A stretch of DNA of 64,000 nucleotides from an uncultured Planctomycetota bacterium (GTDB taxonomy: Bacteria; Planctomycetota; Planctomycetia; Isosphaerales; Isosphaeraceae): the NCBI GenBank assembly GCA_963845755.1, contig CAWJTV010000025.1:256001-320000 (forward strand). The letters are read 5' to 3'. The notes under the pieces were generated by a model. The model worked only from the letters and a program-made list of their open reading frames with translations, was not told the DNA's origin and searched no databases. Made by a program: the position numbers and the translations under genes. Below, in pieces: positions 31,342 through 41,467 of this stretch. Position 1 is the stretch's first letter. Each line of letters opens with the position of its first letter.

Positions 31342-32766
31342 TCAGCGGAGGTAGAGCGGGCGCTCGACCACGAGGCCGGGCTCGATCTTCGACTTCAATT
31401 CCGACGCATCGAGGGCGAACAGGGGGCTGATCTCGATGCCGAAGGGGACCGAGCCGTCCGGCCGACGGGGGACGATCGCGCCGGCCTGCTCGAGCCAACT
31501 GCCGAACTGGTCGCTGATCCGCTGGTGTACCGTGGCCGGCGAGTCGGGCCCGACCGCGTTCTTGAGTGGCTCGAACTCACCGGACCGGTCGGTCTCGACG
31601 ATGGCCCATCGGCCGGCCATCGGCAGCGCGTCGAAGATGAACTGCTCGAACTTGACCGCGTTCGGCTCCTTCGGCTTGACCGGTTGCCCCGCGTCGTCGA
31701 GGTACGGGACTTTCTTGACGGCCCGGTGGAACGGGAGATGATGCTCGCCCACCAAGCGCTCGATGAACGACCGCTCGAGGATATGGACGGCGATGCTGCC
31801 GGCCCAGAGCTCCAGCCGACCCTCGGGCTCGCGCCGGCCGGCCAGCTCCGCGGGGAGGTCGGTATACTCGATCACCTGGGGACGGCCGTCGACACTCACG
31901 ATGACGCCGAGCTTCTCGTCGGGCGATTGACGCTCGACGACCTTGAACGACATCTCGGCGTCGGCGTCGCGGTGCAAGCCGACGAAGGTGGGGTCGGCGA
32001 CGCGAACCAGCGGGTTGTCGACCTGGAAGTAGAAGAGGGTCCGGACGCCGCGACTCCGCATCTCGTCGAGGCAACTCGGCATCCCGTCGGGGCCGGGCGC
32101 CGCCAGTGCCGCGAGCGTGCCGCCGTGGCCGTCGGGCGACAGCGCGACATGGTCCTTGTCCGCGAGCAACACCCTCCCGGTCGCCCGGTCCACCGCCGGC
32201 ATCTGCCCCTGGACGAAGAACCGGACGTGGTCCAGGCCGAATTGATCGTGGTCCCCGAAGAAGTCGACGGTCGCCCTGTGATTCTCCGGACTGGTCATGA
32301 TGTACAGGGGGATGGACCGGCCGAACCGACGCCCCAGCGCCACGATCTTCTCGGCGTGGATCTGGAACAGGCTGGCCGACGAGACGGGCCCGATGGGGAA
32401 CGTCCCCTTCGGCCCTTCGAATCCCAGGCGCGTGCCCGAACCGCCGGCCACGATGATCACGCCGACCTCACCGGCCGCCAGCGCGTCGGCGCCGATCCCG
32501 GCGGCGCGGCGCTGGGCGACTCGCTCGCCATCGGTCTGGGGGAGCCGCTCCACCGCGATCGGCCGGACGCGATCGGCCGAGGCGACCGCCTCACCCTCGC
32601 CATGCACCAGCTCGCCGATCAGGCGATCGAGCCGATCGAAATCGATCCCGGCCACCTCCGATGCCAGCCGAGTTCGCTGGTCCTCGTCCAGCTCCGCCCA
32701 CCATCGCAAGAGATGGCTCTGTCCGTAACGATCCAGTCGTTCCACCAACCACGGTTCGGGAGACAT
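31342..32766 (-). CDS. UDPGP type 1 family nucleotidyltransferase (UDP-GlcNAc pyrophosphorylase-like)
   Basis: AGGSGTRLGFEGPKG, YIMTS, SPDGHGG, FQVDNPL, EKLG, VIEY, KFEQFIFD, EFEPLKNA. Confidence 0.92.
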   Translation of the reverse strand: MSPEPWLVERLDRYGQSHLLRWWAELDEDQRTRLASEVAGIDFDRLDRLIGELVHGEGEAVASADRVRPIAVERLPQTDGERVAQRRAAGIGADALAAGEVGVIIVAGGSGTRLGFEGPKGTFPIGPVSSASLFQIHAEKIVALGRRFGRSIPLYIMTSPENHRATVDFFGDHDQFGLDHVRFFVQGQMPAVDRATGRVLLADKDHVALSPDGHGGTLAALAAPGPDGMPSCLDEMRSRGVRTLFYFQVDNPLVRVADPTFVGLHRDADAEMSFKVVERQSPDEKLGVIVSVDGRPQVIEYTDLPAELAGRREPEGRLELWAGSIAVHILERSFIERLVGEHHLPFHRAVKKVPYLDDAGQPVKPKEPNAVKFEQFIFDALPMAGRWAIVETDRSGEFEPLKNAVGPDSPATVHQRISDQFGSWLEQAGAIVPRRPDGSVPFGIEISPLFALDASELKSKIEPGLVVERPLYLR

Positions 32767-32833
32767 CGGGCAATCGACTCCACACCAACGGGGACCCTTC
32801 CGACACCAGAGCGGTGGTCTCCGTTCATCTCCA

Positions 32834-33634
32834 TCAGAATTCCAAGGTCAATCCGTCGTAGGCCAGTGCCACGCGCGTCGGCAGCTTGGCCTGGACCGGT
32901 CCATGATCAAAGGTATGAGAAAGGTGCGTCAAGAACGTCTGCCGGGGGTTCAACGCCTCGACCACCTCCAGCGCCTCACTTAACGAGAAGTGAGTGGGAT
33001 GCGAGTCGAATCGCAGGGCGTCGAGGATCAGGATGTCCAGGCCCTCCAGCATCGCCCGGCTCGCATCCGGAATATGACTGACATCCGTGCAGTATGCCAG
33101 GGAGTCGATCCGGAAACCCAGCACGGGGGAGGTCCCATGATCCAGGCGGATGGGCAGGATGCGCTGGCCCAGGACTTCAAACGCGACACCCGGCTCGGTC
33201 TGGACGAAATCCAGCTTGGGCACGAACCCGGGGGGCCATTTCTCGGTCCCGGGCCGGAAGGCGTACGAGAACACGCGGCGGATGCAGTCCTCCGTCGCCT
33301 GCTCGCAGTAAACCGGCACGGGACCGCCGAGGCCCCGCGAGAACAGCCGCGCGTCGTCGAGCCCGAAGAGATGATCGGCATGATGGTGCGTGAAGGCAAT
33401 CGCGTGTACGTGGCGGATCCGTTCTCGCAGCAACTGGATCCGCATTTCGGGCGTCGTATCGATCAGGAGGTTGCCCCGAGGGAACGCGAACAGGACGCTG
33501 GGCCGGGTCCGCTGGTTCCGGGGGTCGCTCGAGGTACAGACCGAGCACTCGCATCCGATCATGGGGACACCCGTCGAGGTCCCGGTCCCGAGGAACACCA
33601 GGCGGCGCGTCGGTGTCTCCGCGGAGTCGCTCAA
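32834..33634 (-). CDS. Metallo-beta-lactamase-fold hydrolase, PhnP-like
   Basis: FLGTGTSTGVPMIGCECSVC, LIDT, THHHADHLFG, AYCTD, HPTH, THLSH, AYDGL. TTG start. Confidence 0.92.
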   Translation of the reverse strand: MSDSAETPTRRLVFLGTGTSTGVPMIGCECSVCTSSDPRNQRTRPSVLFAFPRGNLLIDTTPEMRIQLLRERIRHVHAIAFTHHHADHLFGLDDARLFSRGLGGPVPVYCEQATEDCIRRVFSYAFRPGTEKWPPGFVPKLDFVQTEPGVAFEVLGQRILPIRLDHGTSPVLGFRIDSLAYCTDVSHIPDASRAMLEGLDILILDALRFDSHPTHFSLSEALEVVEALNPRQTFLTHLSHTFDHGPVQAKLPTRVALAYDGLTLEF

Positions 33635-33758
33635 TCGTCAGACCCTCCCCGTGTCGTCCCCTCAGAACGTCCCATCGACAACTTTCCCCCTTCATCTTAC
33701 GATAATCGCCCCCAGTTCGCGACCACCTTCCTTCCCGATGGAGGTCAACCAAACAAGC

Positions 33759-35861
33759 ATGGTTACCCGAACCTTACAAGACGAGATGGCCAGTGGTCTT
33801 CGGCTGCATCGAGACGGACGACTGGACGAAGCGGCGGGCATTTACGAAGCAGCCCTGGCGCGGGATCCGGCGAATGCCGATGCCTGCTGCCTGCTCGGGG
33901 TGGTGCGGAACCAGCAGGGGCAACCGGCGACGGCCGTCGAGTTGATCGGACGGGCCGTGGCGATGCGACCGGGCGTCGCGGGGTTCCATGCAAATCTCGG
34001 CCTGGCCTGGCAAGCGATGGGTCGTCTGGCCGAGTCGGCCGACGAGTTCGGCACGGCGCTCTCGCTGTATCCGGACGACCCGGCCGCCCATGTCAATCGC
34101 GGGGTGGTGGTTCACGCGTTGGGAGATAAGCACCAGGCCCTGGAGCATTTCCGGCGCGCGACCGAGCTCAACCCTCATCTGGCTCAGGCCCGGACGAATC
34201 TCGGCGAGGTGCTTCTGGAGCTGGATCGGCCCCAGGAAGCCCTGGCGCATTGCCAGACCGCCCTCGCGCTCGAGCCCGAGCTGGTGGAAGCCCATATCAA
34301 TCTGGGCAATGTCCTTCGCGTGCTCGGCCGGCTCGACGAGGCGAGAAAGTCCTATCTCGAGGCCATGCGGTTGGATCCGTTCCGCGGCCATGCGGCCGCG
34401 GGACTGGGACTGACCGCCCTCCGCCGGGAAGCCTGGGATGAGGCGCTGGATTGGCTCCGCCGTGCCGTCGAGGTCGAACCGAGGTCCGTCGAGCTGCTCC
34501 GATACCAGGCCGAGGCCGCGGCCCTCTGCAAGCTGTACCCCGAGGTCCAGGAATGCTGCCGGCGGATCCTGGAGATCGATCCCCAATATGCACTGGCCCA
34601 CAACGTGCTGGGCTACATCCACCACGAGGAGAGCCAGCTCGAGGAGGCCCGGCAGCGGTATGAGACGGCGCTTCGACTGGATCCCCACCTGGCCCTCGCC
34701 CATCACAATCTCGGCGTGCTCCACGCGGAGATGGGCAACCTCGCCGAAGCCGAGACCCATCTTCGGACGACCCTGCAATACGAGCCCAATCACACGATGA
34801 CCCTGGCCCGCCTCGCGTCGCTGCTGGGAGGCGCCTTGCCGGACGCCGACCTCGCGGCGGTCCATCGATGCCTGGCGGATCCCGATCTCGACGGCGGCAA
34901 CCGGGCACACCTCCTGTTCGGACTCGCCCAGATCCAGGACGCACGGCAGGAGTTCGCCGAGGCCGCGGCGAGTCTGGAGCAGGCCAACAGCCTGGCCCTG
35001 GCCGAGCAGAGACGGCGCGGTTCGGTCTACGATCCGGCCGACCATCGACGATTCGTCGATGCGATCCTCGCCGCCTTCCAACCGGCCCTGTTCCAACGGC
35101 TGGCCGGCGCGGGACTCGATGGGCCCCGACCGATCTTCATCATCGGGCTCCCGCGATCCGGCACGACCTTGATCGAGCAGGTCCTCGCCAGCCATCCCCA
35201 GGTCCACGGAGCCGGCGAGATCCCCCTGGCCCGGCGCAGCCTCGATGAGATCCCCGAGGTCCTGGGACGCACCGATCCGCCGCTGGATTGCGTGGCGGAT
35301 TGGAATGCCGAGATGGTCAACGAACTGGCCAGGCGTCACGACCGATGGCTGCGAGAGCTCGACGGCGGCTGCTCCGAGCGGATCGTTTCCAAGATGCATG
35401 AGAACTACTACTATCTGGGACTGATCTTGCTCATGTTCCCCCGCGCCGTGGTGATCCACTGCCGCCGCGACCCGCGCGATGTGGCCTTCTCCTGCTGGCT
35501 CACGAACTTCAGACAGGTCCCCTGGGCCAACCATTTCGACCACATTGCCACTCGCTTCGAGGAATATCGTCGATTCATGGCCCACTGGCGTTCGGTCTTG
35601 CCGGCGACGATCCACGACCTGGACTACGAGGAGACCGTGGCCGACCTCGAAGGGGTCGCTCGACGTCTCCTGTCTGCTTGCGGATTGGACTGGCATCCGG
35701 CCTGCCTGGAATTCCATCGCACCCGCCGGCCCATCCGGACCGCCAGCATGACCCAGGTCCGACAACCCATTTACCGGCGCTCGGTCGGCCGATGGAAGTC
35801 CTACGAGCGCGAGCTCGCCGGCCTCTTCGATCGGGTCGCTTCAGGCGGGGATCCGCAATGA
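33759..35861 (+). CDS. TPR-repeat sulfotransferase
   Basis: About 10 TPR-like repeats, then PAPS-binding PIFIIGLPRSGTTLIEQVLASH, RDPRD, YEETV, IRTAS..QVRQPIY..SVGRW. Alternative start at 33738. Confidence 0.92.
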   Translation: MVTRTLQDEMASGLRLHRDGRLDEAAGIYEAALARDPANADACCLLGVVRNQQGQPATAVELIGRAVAMRPGVAGFHANLGLAWQAMGRLAESADEFGTALSLYPDDPAAHVNRGVVVHALGDKHQALEHFRRATELNPHLAQARTNLGEVLLELDRPQEALAHCQTALALEPELVEAHINLGNVLRVLGRLDEARKSYLEAMRLDPFRGHAAAGLGLTALRREAWDEALDWLRRAVEVEPRSVELLRYQAEAAALCKLYPEVQECCRRILEIDPQYALAHNVLGYIHHEESQLEEARQRYETALRLDPHLALAHHNLGVLHAEMGNLAEAETHLRTTLQYEPNHTMTLARLASLLGGALPDADLAAVHRCLADPDLDGGNRAHLLFGLAQIQDARQEFAEAAASLEQANSLALAEQRRRGSVYDPADHRRFVDAILAAFQPALFQRLAGAGLDGPRPIFIIGLPRSGTTLIEQVLASHPQVHGAGEIPLARRSLDEIPEVLGRTDPPLDCVADWNAEMVNELARRHDRWLRELDGGCSERIVSKMHENYYYLGLILLMFPRAVVIHCRRDPRDVAFSCWLTNFRQVPWANHFDHIATRFEEYRRFMAHWRSVLPATIHDLDYEETVADLEGVARRLLSACGLDWHPACLEFHRTRRPIRTASMTQVRQPIYRRSVGRWKSYERELAGLFDRVASGGDPQ

Positions 35862-36566
35862 TCGGCAGGTTGCCGTGTAGCTTCCCTCCAGCGGCAACGA
35901 GACGCACAGCTCGAGGGTGAGCCACAGTGGCATTATGGGAAGCATCTGTCCCAACGTCAGCGGCTCCGGCCAGGCTTCGACCCGCGGGCGCTTCCGGAGA
36001 GTCACAGCCCTGTACGCCACGGCGTAAAGCCCAGTGGCCGATTCCCAGACGGCGCGACGGTTCTTGACATCGAGGACCTCGAATAACTCGCGGTGCAAGT
36101 TCGCCGATCGCGCCGTTACGACGTCCACGATGACCACGCTGACGCCGTGCCTCAGGTATCCGGCGCACCCGGCGGCGAACGTCCGGCGACTCCCCGGACG
36201 ATCCTTGTTCGCGGGGCTGACCAGCTCGACGGTCGCGCGCAGCTCGGCACCTCCGAGATCCTGATACACGCGAACCTCGTAGGAATCGAGCTGGGCGAAA
36301 TCGACCGGGGCAACGATCTTCGGCCGCGGCGGTGCCCAGACGGCCGTATCGACCGGGCTGTCCGGCGCAATGGCCCCGCCCGACTCCATCGTCGCCACAT
36401 CGATCTCCAGAGTGGGTCCGAGGCTAATCTCCGGTTCGGCGTAATAGCCGGGGGGCAAAGTCTCCAGGTTGAGCTGCTGCGCGATCGTGGTCGCCCAGGT
36501 ATGGTGAAAACCCTCCCAGCGGCGCGGGCCATGCAACGGAGGATGGAAATGGTCGAGCAGTGGCAT
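35841..36566 (-). CDS. DUF4058-family protein (PD-(D/E)XK-like)
   Basis: MPLLDHFHPP...WEGFHHTW, ATVELVSPANKDR, YLRHGVSVVIVD, LPIMPLWL. Overlaps the convergent sulfotransferase by 21 nt. Confidence 0.8.
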   Translation of the reverse strand: MPLLDHFHPPLHGPRRWEGFHHTWATTIAQQLNLETLPPGYYAEPEISLGPTLEIDVATMESGGAIAPDSPVDTAVWAPPRPKIVAPVDFAQLDSYEVRVYQDLGGAELRATVELVSPANKDRPGSRRTFAAGCAGYLRHGVSVVIVDVVTARSANLHRELFEVLDVKNRRAVWESATGLYAVAYRAVTLRKRPRVEAWPEPLTLGQMLPIMPLWLTLELCVSLPLEGSYTATCRSLRIPA

Positions 36567-36596
36567 TCCGTGAGGCTCCGGCGAGAGAAGCTGATC

Positions 36597-37190
36597 TCAA
36601 GTCCTGGCCGGTCGCACGGGCGGGAACTCGACCTTTGCATAAATATCGCGCAGCGAGACCTCGCAGTCGATCGAATCCAGCCTCAGCGATTCGTCGAGAC
36701 CGCAGAACTCCTTGAGGAGCCACTCATCGCCCTGTCGCGTATAACGCTCCACGCGCACCTTGTCCTGCGCGATGAGCACGTACTCCCGCAATGAAGCAAG
36801 CCGGCGGAACTGTGCAAACTTGTCGCCACGGTCGTAGGCTTCCGTCGTCGGCGACAAGACCTCGACGATCATCGTTGGGTTGAGCAGGGTGTCGACTTTG
36901 TCGTCCTCAAACTCGGCTTCTCCACATACGGCGACGACGTCGGGGTAGGTGTAGAGCCCGGTCGGGCTGACGCGAACGCGTATCTCGCTGATATAGACCG
37001 TGCAAGGGCGGTCCTCGATCTGGTTGCCGATCTTACGGTAGACGTTGCCGGTAACCTGGTTGTGCTCTTTACTTGTCCCCGCCATCGCGATGATGTAACC
37101 GTTGCAATACTCGCTCTTGAAGTCCGCTTTCCGTTCCAGAGTGAGATACTGCTCCGGGGTAAAGCGAGGGATTTCCGTGGCTGATGCCAT
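36597..37190 (-). CDS. Uma2-family endonuclease (copy 1)
   Basis: YLxLER...SEY..G.I.AMAG..EHN, YTYPDV, IVEVLSPTTEAYDRGDKF, LREYVLIAQD. GGAGG RBS. Confidence 0.93.
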   Translation of the reverse strand: MASATEIPRFTPEQYLTLERKADFKSEYCNGYIIAMAGTSKEHNQVTGNVYRKIGNQIEDRPCTVYISEIRVRVSPTGLYTYPDVVAVCGEAEFEDDKVDTLLNPTMIVEVLSPTTEAYDRGDKFAQFRRLASLREYVLIAQDKVRVERYTRQGDEWLLKEFCGLDESLRLDSIDCEVSLRDIYAKVEFPPVRPART

Positions 37191-37294
37191 GACATCCTCC
37201 TCTCGGGTGGTCGTGAAGCGATCCTCCCATTCTACGAGATCGTACCATGGTCCGCGACGGCGGGCTGGGCGAAGGGACCGCTCACCGTCCCCGA

Positions 37295-37342
37295 GAGACG
37301 AGGGACAGGCCCCCAGGCCGCGCTGAACCTGTCCCTGTTCTC
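37295..37342. repeat. AGGGACAGG...CCTGTCCCT inverted repeat (REP-like)
   Basis: gagacgagggacagg / cctgtccctgttctc. Resembles the GGACTGG...CCAGTCC pair at 40664-40846. Confidence 0.6.
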
Positions 37343-37372
37343 AACCGGGTGTGTCCGCTTCGCCGGGCGGGA

Positions 37373-40300
37373 TCACCGTTTCACTGCCGTCCGAGCCTCC
37401 AGCCCGGCAACCAGCACATCGACCGCCTGGTCGAGCGCTTTACCCTCGAAGTCCTTCGCCCGGATGACGCCATCGGCATCGATGACGTAGACGGCGGGGA
37501 TCACGATCGGCTGCCACCGGCGAAAGTTTGGGCCGACCAGGCCACCGTCCCACCAGCATCGCCAGGTGATCTCGCCCGATGCGAGCGCTTTTTGCAGCGT
37601 CGCCTTGTCGTCATCGCTGCTGACGCTCAACAAGACGAACGGCCGCCCTCTCATCCGCTGGACAAGTGCTCGTTGGTGAGGGTTGTCGCGGCAGGAGCTG
37701 CCGGCGAACGTCAGGACGACGACCTTGCCGCGAAAGCCGCTCAGCCGGAAGGGCTTGCCGTCCGCGTCCGATCCTTCGACCTCCAGAGCGGGCTTTCCTA
37801 CGGCGAGCACGCGGAGTTGGAGCAAGGCCTGGGCGGCCGGTTCGCCCAACTTGCCGTACTTCCCCGCGATATCCGCATATTGCTTGACTACGCGGTTGAA
37901 GTATTGCTCCGCCTCCCGGTTCAATGAGTCCGGGTCTTCGTCGGATCGTTTGACCGGCCCTCGACCACCGGACCGCGCCAACTCCTCGAGCCTCAGGAAC
38001 GGATCGGGCTCGGGCCCCCGCAACTTGCGGAGGGAGTAGGCCCTGTTCCTGAGCAGTTCTGCGAGCTTCAGGCAGGCCAGGCCGCGCGCGGCCGGCGTTG
38101 GACCGTGCTCCGCGGCGGCGCGGAGGAGCTGCTCGGCGGCCGACGACGGGGCCGGGAACATGGTGGGAATCAGTTGTTGATAGATCGCGATCAGCTTATT
38201 GCTCTTGAGGTGGTCGCGGATGAGGATATCGGCGGCCTCGTCCGCCTCGGGCGGCGTGAATCGGCTGGCCACAAGACCGCCCAGGGCATCGATCGCGATG
38301 GGGTCACCCGGATACTTGCGGGCGAGGGCCAGGAATCGAGGGGCATAGGACCAGTCCAGCCGGCCCAGGCCCAGGAATGCCGCGCGCGCCTCTTGCTCCG
38401 TCTTCGCCTCGTGGGATGCCTGGTCGTCGGCGCGCTTCGCCGACTCATACTCATCGAGCAATGAGCTGTACTCCTGCTTGGCGGCGAGAGACTTCGCATC
38501 ACCGGGGGATGCGGAGCCTGTGGCTTGCGGTACCGGAGTTCCCGATTCGGCCGCCAGGCCGGTCTTTTCCCCCTCCTTCTGGTAGAGCTCCATCTCCTGC
38601 ACGGACTTGGGGACCGGCCCCTCGCCGGACCGCGCCAGCCGCACCACGCCCCCGGATCGGACCAGGTTCCGCCAAGGATCATACCGTTTGTCGATCCCGC
38701 GGGTTCCCTCGGGAACGCTCAGGGCGCTCAGGGTGAAAGCCGACTCCGGCACTTTCGCCGCGCCATTGGCCCGCAGGTTTCGGACGGTCAGGTCGATCTC
38801 CCTGACGGGTCTGTGGTCGCTCCCGTAATAGGCGGTCTTGACGTAATGGGCCGGATACCAGACGCCAGAAAGCTTCTGCCAATCACTGCTCATGCCCACG
38901 ACGACCATCCACTTGCCGTCTTGCATCGGTCCTGCGCGGAGAAGTACCGGAAGCCAGTCCGTAGCCTCGTCGCACGTGACTTCCACGCGCCCGCCATTGT
39001 CGGCGTGGAGGAATCGCAGGAGGACCTTGCCGTCGCGCCTCCTCGGACTCGATCGTGCGGCAGTTTTCCCAGAATCCCTGCAACTTGCCACTGTTGGTGC
39101 AGAAAGGCTCGGCGTAGTGCAACCAGGGGTCGAGATACCGAAGCGGGACGAAGGGGGTCTGGTATTCCCATTCTTCAGCCGACCTGGGCGGCTTCATGAC
39201 CGTGAGGAGGAACCCGTACAGCATATCTTCTCCGCTGTAGGCGAGCATGTCCCGAGATCGAACCACGCTGTACACCTTCGGTTTCTTGAACAGGAACTCC
39301 AGACCGCTCGGGACGACCTTCATTTGGGGATAGATCCCCTCGAGGTCATATCGCACGGATCCGTCTCTCCAGTACAGCGTCCCGTGATATCGTGCGGAGA
39401 TCACGTTTGTCGTCTTGCGGGACTGCTCGACGTGACCATGCTCGGCCTCAAGGTCGTAGTCGAAGATGAGCCGATGAAGCGATCCAAAATTCGCCGTGGC
39501 GGAGCGGGCGCAGCTGCTTGAGCCGCTCCTTGGTGGCCGCGTCGGCGTTCGTGAGCTTGTCCACCCAGGCCCAATCGCCATCGGCCGCACGGCCGGAGGC
39601 GAAGACCGCCGGGCCGGATGGTGGGCCGGCCAGGAGTTGAGCATAGGTGACGACGCCCACCCCGGCCGCTCCGACGGAGAGAGACAGGATCGTCGCGACG
39701 AGGATCCCCTTGGAGGTCAGCTTGGCGATCAGCATGGTCTTGAGCACCCCCTGCGTGATGGTGGCGAGGTACGCGGGAACCGTTCCGGCCAGGCTCCCTT
39801 CGAGTGCGAATCGGGCCGCGGCCCTGGCCGTGCTGGCGACGAGAGCGGGCGGGACTGCGGCCGGGCTCGCGGTGCGCCATGATTCGACAGCCAGCCCTAC
39901 GGACGGGAGGGCCAGCCCGCGGCGGGTCAGCCTCCGGCGCAATTGGTCCCGGCCTCGGGATAACCGGCTCGACAGCGTGCCGACGGGGATTCCCAGGAGT
40001 GCGGCCGCTTCCCTCTGCGTCTTTCCTTCCAGATCACAGAACACGACCAGTGCGCGGAACGACTCGGGGATCCGGCTCAGCTCGTCGTCGATCGCGAACC
40101 GCAGCTCGTCGATGTCGGCCTGCTCCGGCGGTGTTTCGGCGCGTACCCTGTCGTCCATCTGACCCTCCCGGACCCGCCGGCGCGCGCGCTCTTCCTGACC
40201 TCCTTCGCGGTGCGGACGGCGACACCATAGAGCCAGTTGGCGAGCCGCTCGCGCCGGGCGATCGCGCGCGCCTTCCGCGCCAACACGAGGAACGTCACCT

Positions 40301-40523
40301 GAAAGGCATCGTCGGCGTCGTTGGGGTCTGTCAGGATCCGCCGGCAGACCCGAAGCACCATCGGACCGTGGCGCTCGACCACCGCCGCGAAGGCGTCCTC
40401 GGCCTCCTCACCGCGCCGCGACAAGAACGCCTCGAGGAGCTGGGCGTCGCTGAGCCTCCCGACCGCCCCGAGACGGAACAGGGTCCGCATCTCCCGGAAC
40501 ACGGCTTTCGAATCGCTCGCCAT
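37373..40523 (-). CDS. ECF sigma factor with TM anchor, large extracytoplasmic region and C-terminal TlpA/redoxin-like domain (frameshifts at ~40185, ~39500, ~39040)
   Basis: LSDAQLLEAF...AFAAVVERHGPMVLRVCRRIL, region 4 CDLEGKTQREAA..GTLSSRLSRGR, AVPPALVAST, TM ILVATILSLSVGAAGVGVV, final AVGKPALEVEGSDADGKPFRLSGFRGKVVVLTF...PAVYVIDADGVIR. Joins four consecutive ORFs; the single-gene interpretation is inferred. Confidence 0.75.
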
Positions 40524-40663
40524 GAATCAATCCCTTCGCGGTCCTCGATACGCCGCTTCTCCGCTCCGCGGATCGCCTCGCAGTTCGTCCCCGTCGTGCG
40601 TCCTCCGCAATGTACTGGGCAAATCGCGGCGGATCCATCCCGGTTTTCCTCGGATTCACCAAG

Positions 40664-40846
40664 AAACGAGGACTGGCTCCGCGAAAGCTCGGGTTGCGCA
40701 CGGATCCGGAGTCCGTAGGGTGCTCTGTGAGCACCGGAAAGGGCGAGACACGGGGATTGGTGCTTACAGAGCACCCTACGGCTCGTGGGCAACCCAACCG
40801 TGAAGCGCTCGAGCCCGCGAAAGCTCGGGGCCAGTCCCTGGTATTT
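40664..40846. mobile_element. Nested repeat: outer GGACTGG/CCAGTCC palindrome, 15-bp direct repeat, MITE-like element 5 and inner GTAG REP doublet
   Basis: CCGCGAAAGCTCGGG at 40679-40693 and 40815-40829. GTAGGGTGCTCTGTGAGCACC...GGTGCTTACAGAGCACCCTAC at 40715-40779. End motif (reverse complement) tcgagcgcttcacggttgggttgcccacg at 40784-40812. Confidence 0.7.
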
Positions 40847-40873
40847 GGGCTCTCTGCCGGCGGATTACCGATC

Positions 40874-41467
40874 TCAAGACCTCGCCGCTTTTTCGGCAGG
40901 GAACTCGATCAGGGCATAGATCTCCCGCAAGGCGACCTCGCAGCCGATCGAGGGGAGCGGAAGGGCATCGTCCAGGCTCTTGAACTCCGTCAGAAGCCAC
41001 TGGTCGCCCTGGCGCGTGTATCGCTCAACCAGCACCTTGTCCTGGGCGATGAGGACGTACTCCCGCAACGATGACAATTGGCGATACTTCGCGAACTTGT
41101 CTCCGCGATCGTAGGCTTCCGTCGTCGGGGACAGGACCTCGGCGATCATCGTCGGGTTAAGCAATGTATCCACTTCATCGTCCAGGAACCGAGGTTCGCC
41201 GCAAACCGCCATGACGTCAGGATAAGTGTAGAGCCCGGTCGAGCTGACGCGGAGCCGCATATCGCTCGTGTACACCTCGCAAGGACGGCCCTTGAGCTGA
41301 GAGCGGATCTCACCGTGTAGGTTGCCCGCGATCAGATTGTGTTCGCGAGTAGCACCAGCCATCGCCCAGATGAAACCGTTGTTATACTCACTCTTGGAAT
41401 CCGCCTTGCGCTCCAAGGCGAGATACTGCTCCGGTGTGAAGCGGGGGACTTCTGTAGCCGATGCCAT
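40874..41467 (-). CDS. Uma2-family endonuclease (copy 2)
   Basis: Same motifs and length (197 aa) as 36597..37190, with long identical stretches. Confidence 0.93.
   Translation of the reverse strand: MASATEVPRFTPEQYLALERKADSKSEYNNGFIWAMAGATREHNLIAGNLHGEIRSQLKGRPCEVYTSDMRLRVSSTGLYTYPDVMAVCGEPRFLDDEVDTLLNPTMIAEVLSPTTEAYDRGDKFAKYRQLSSLREYVLIAQDKVLVERYTRQGDQWLLTEFKSLDDALPLPSIGCEVALREIYALIEFPAEKAARS

Noticed and set aside
33390..33758. Long N-terminal extensions in the ORF track (33390, 3645, 11512, 45352, 54538 starts)
   Set aside because: They overlap neighbouring genes or repeats. Downstream ATGs with RBS or signal peptides fit better.
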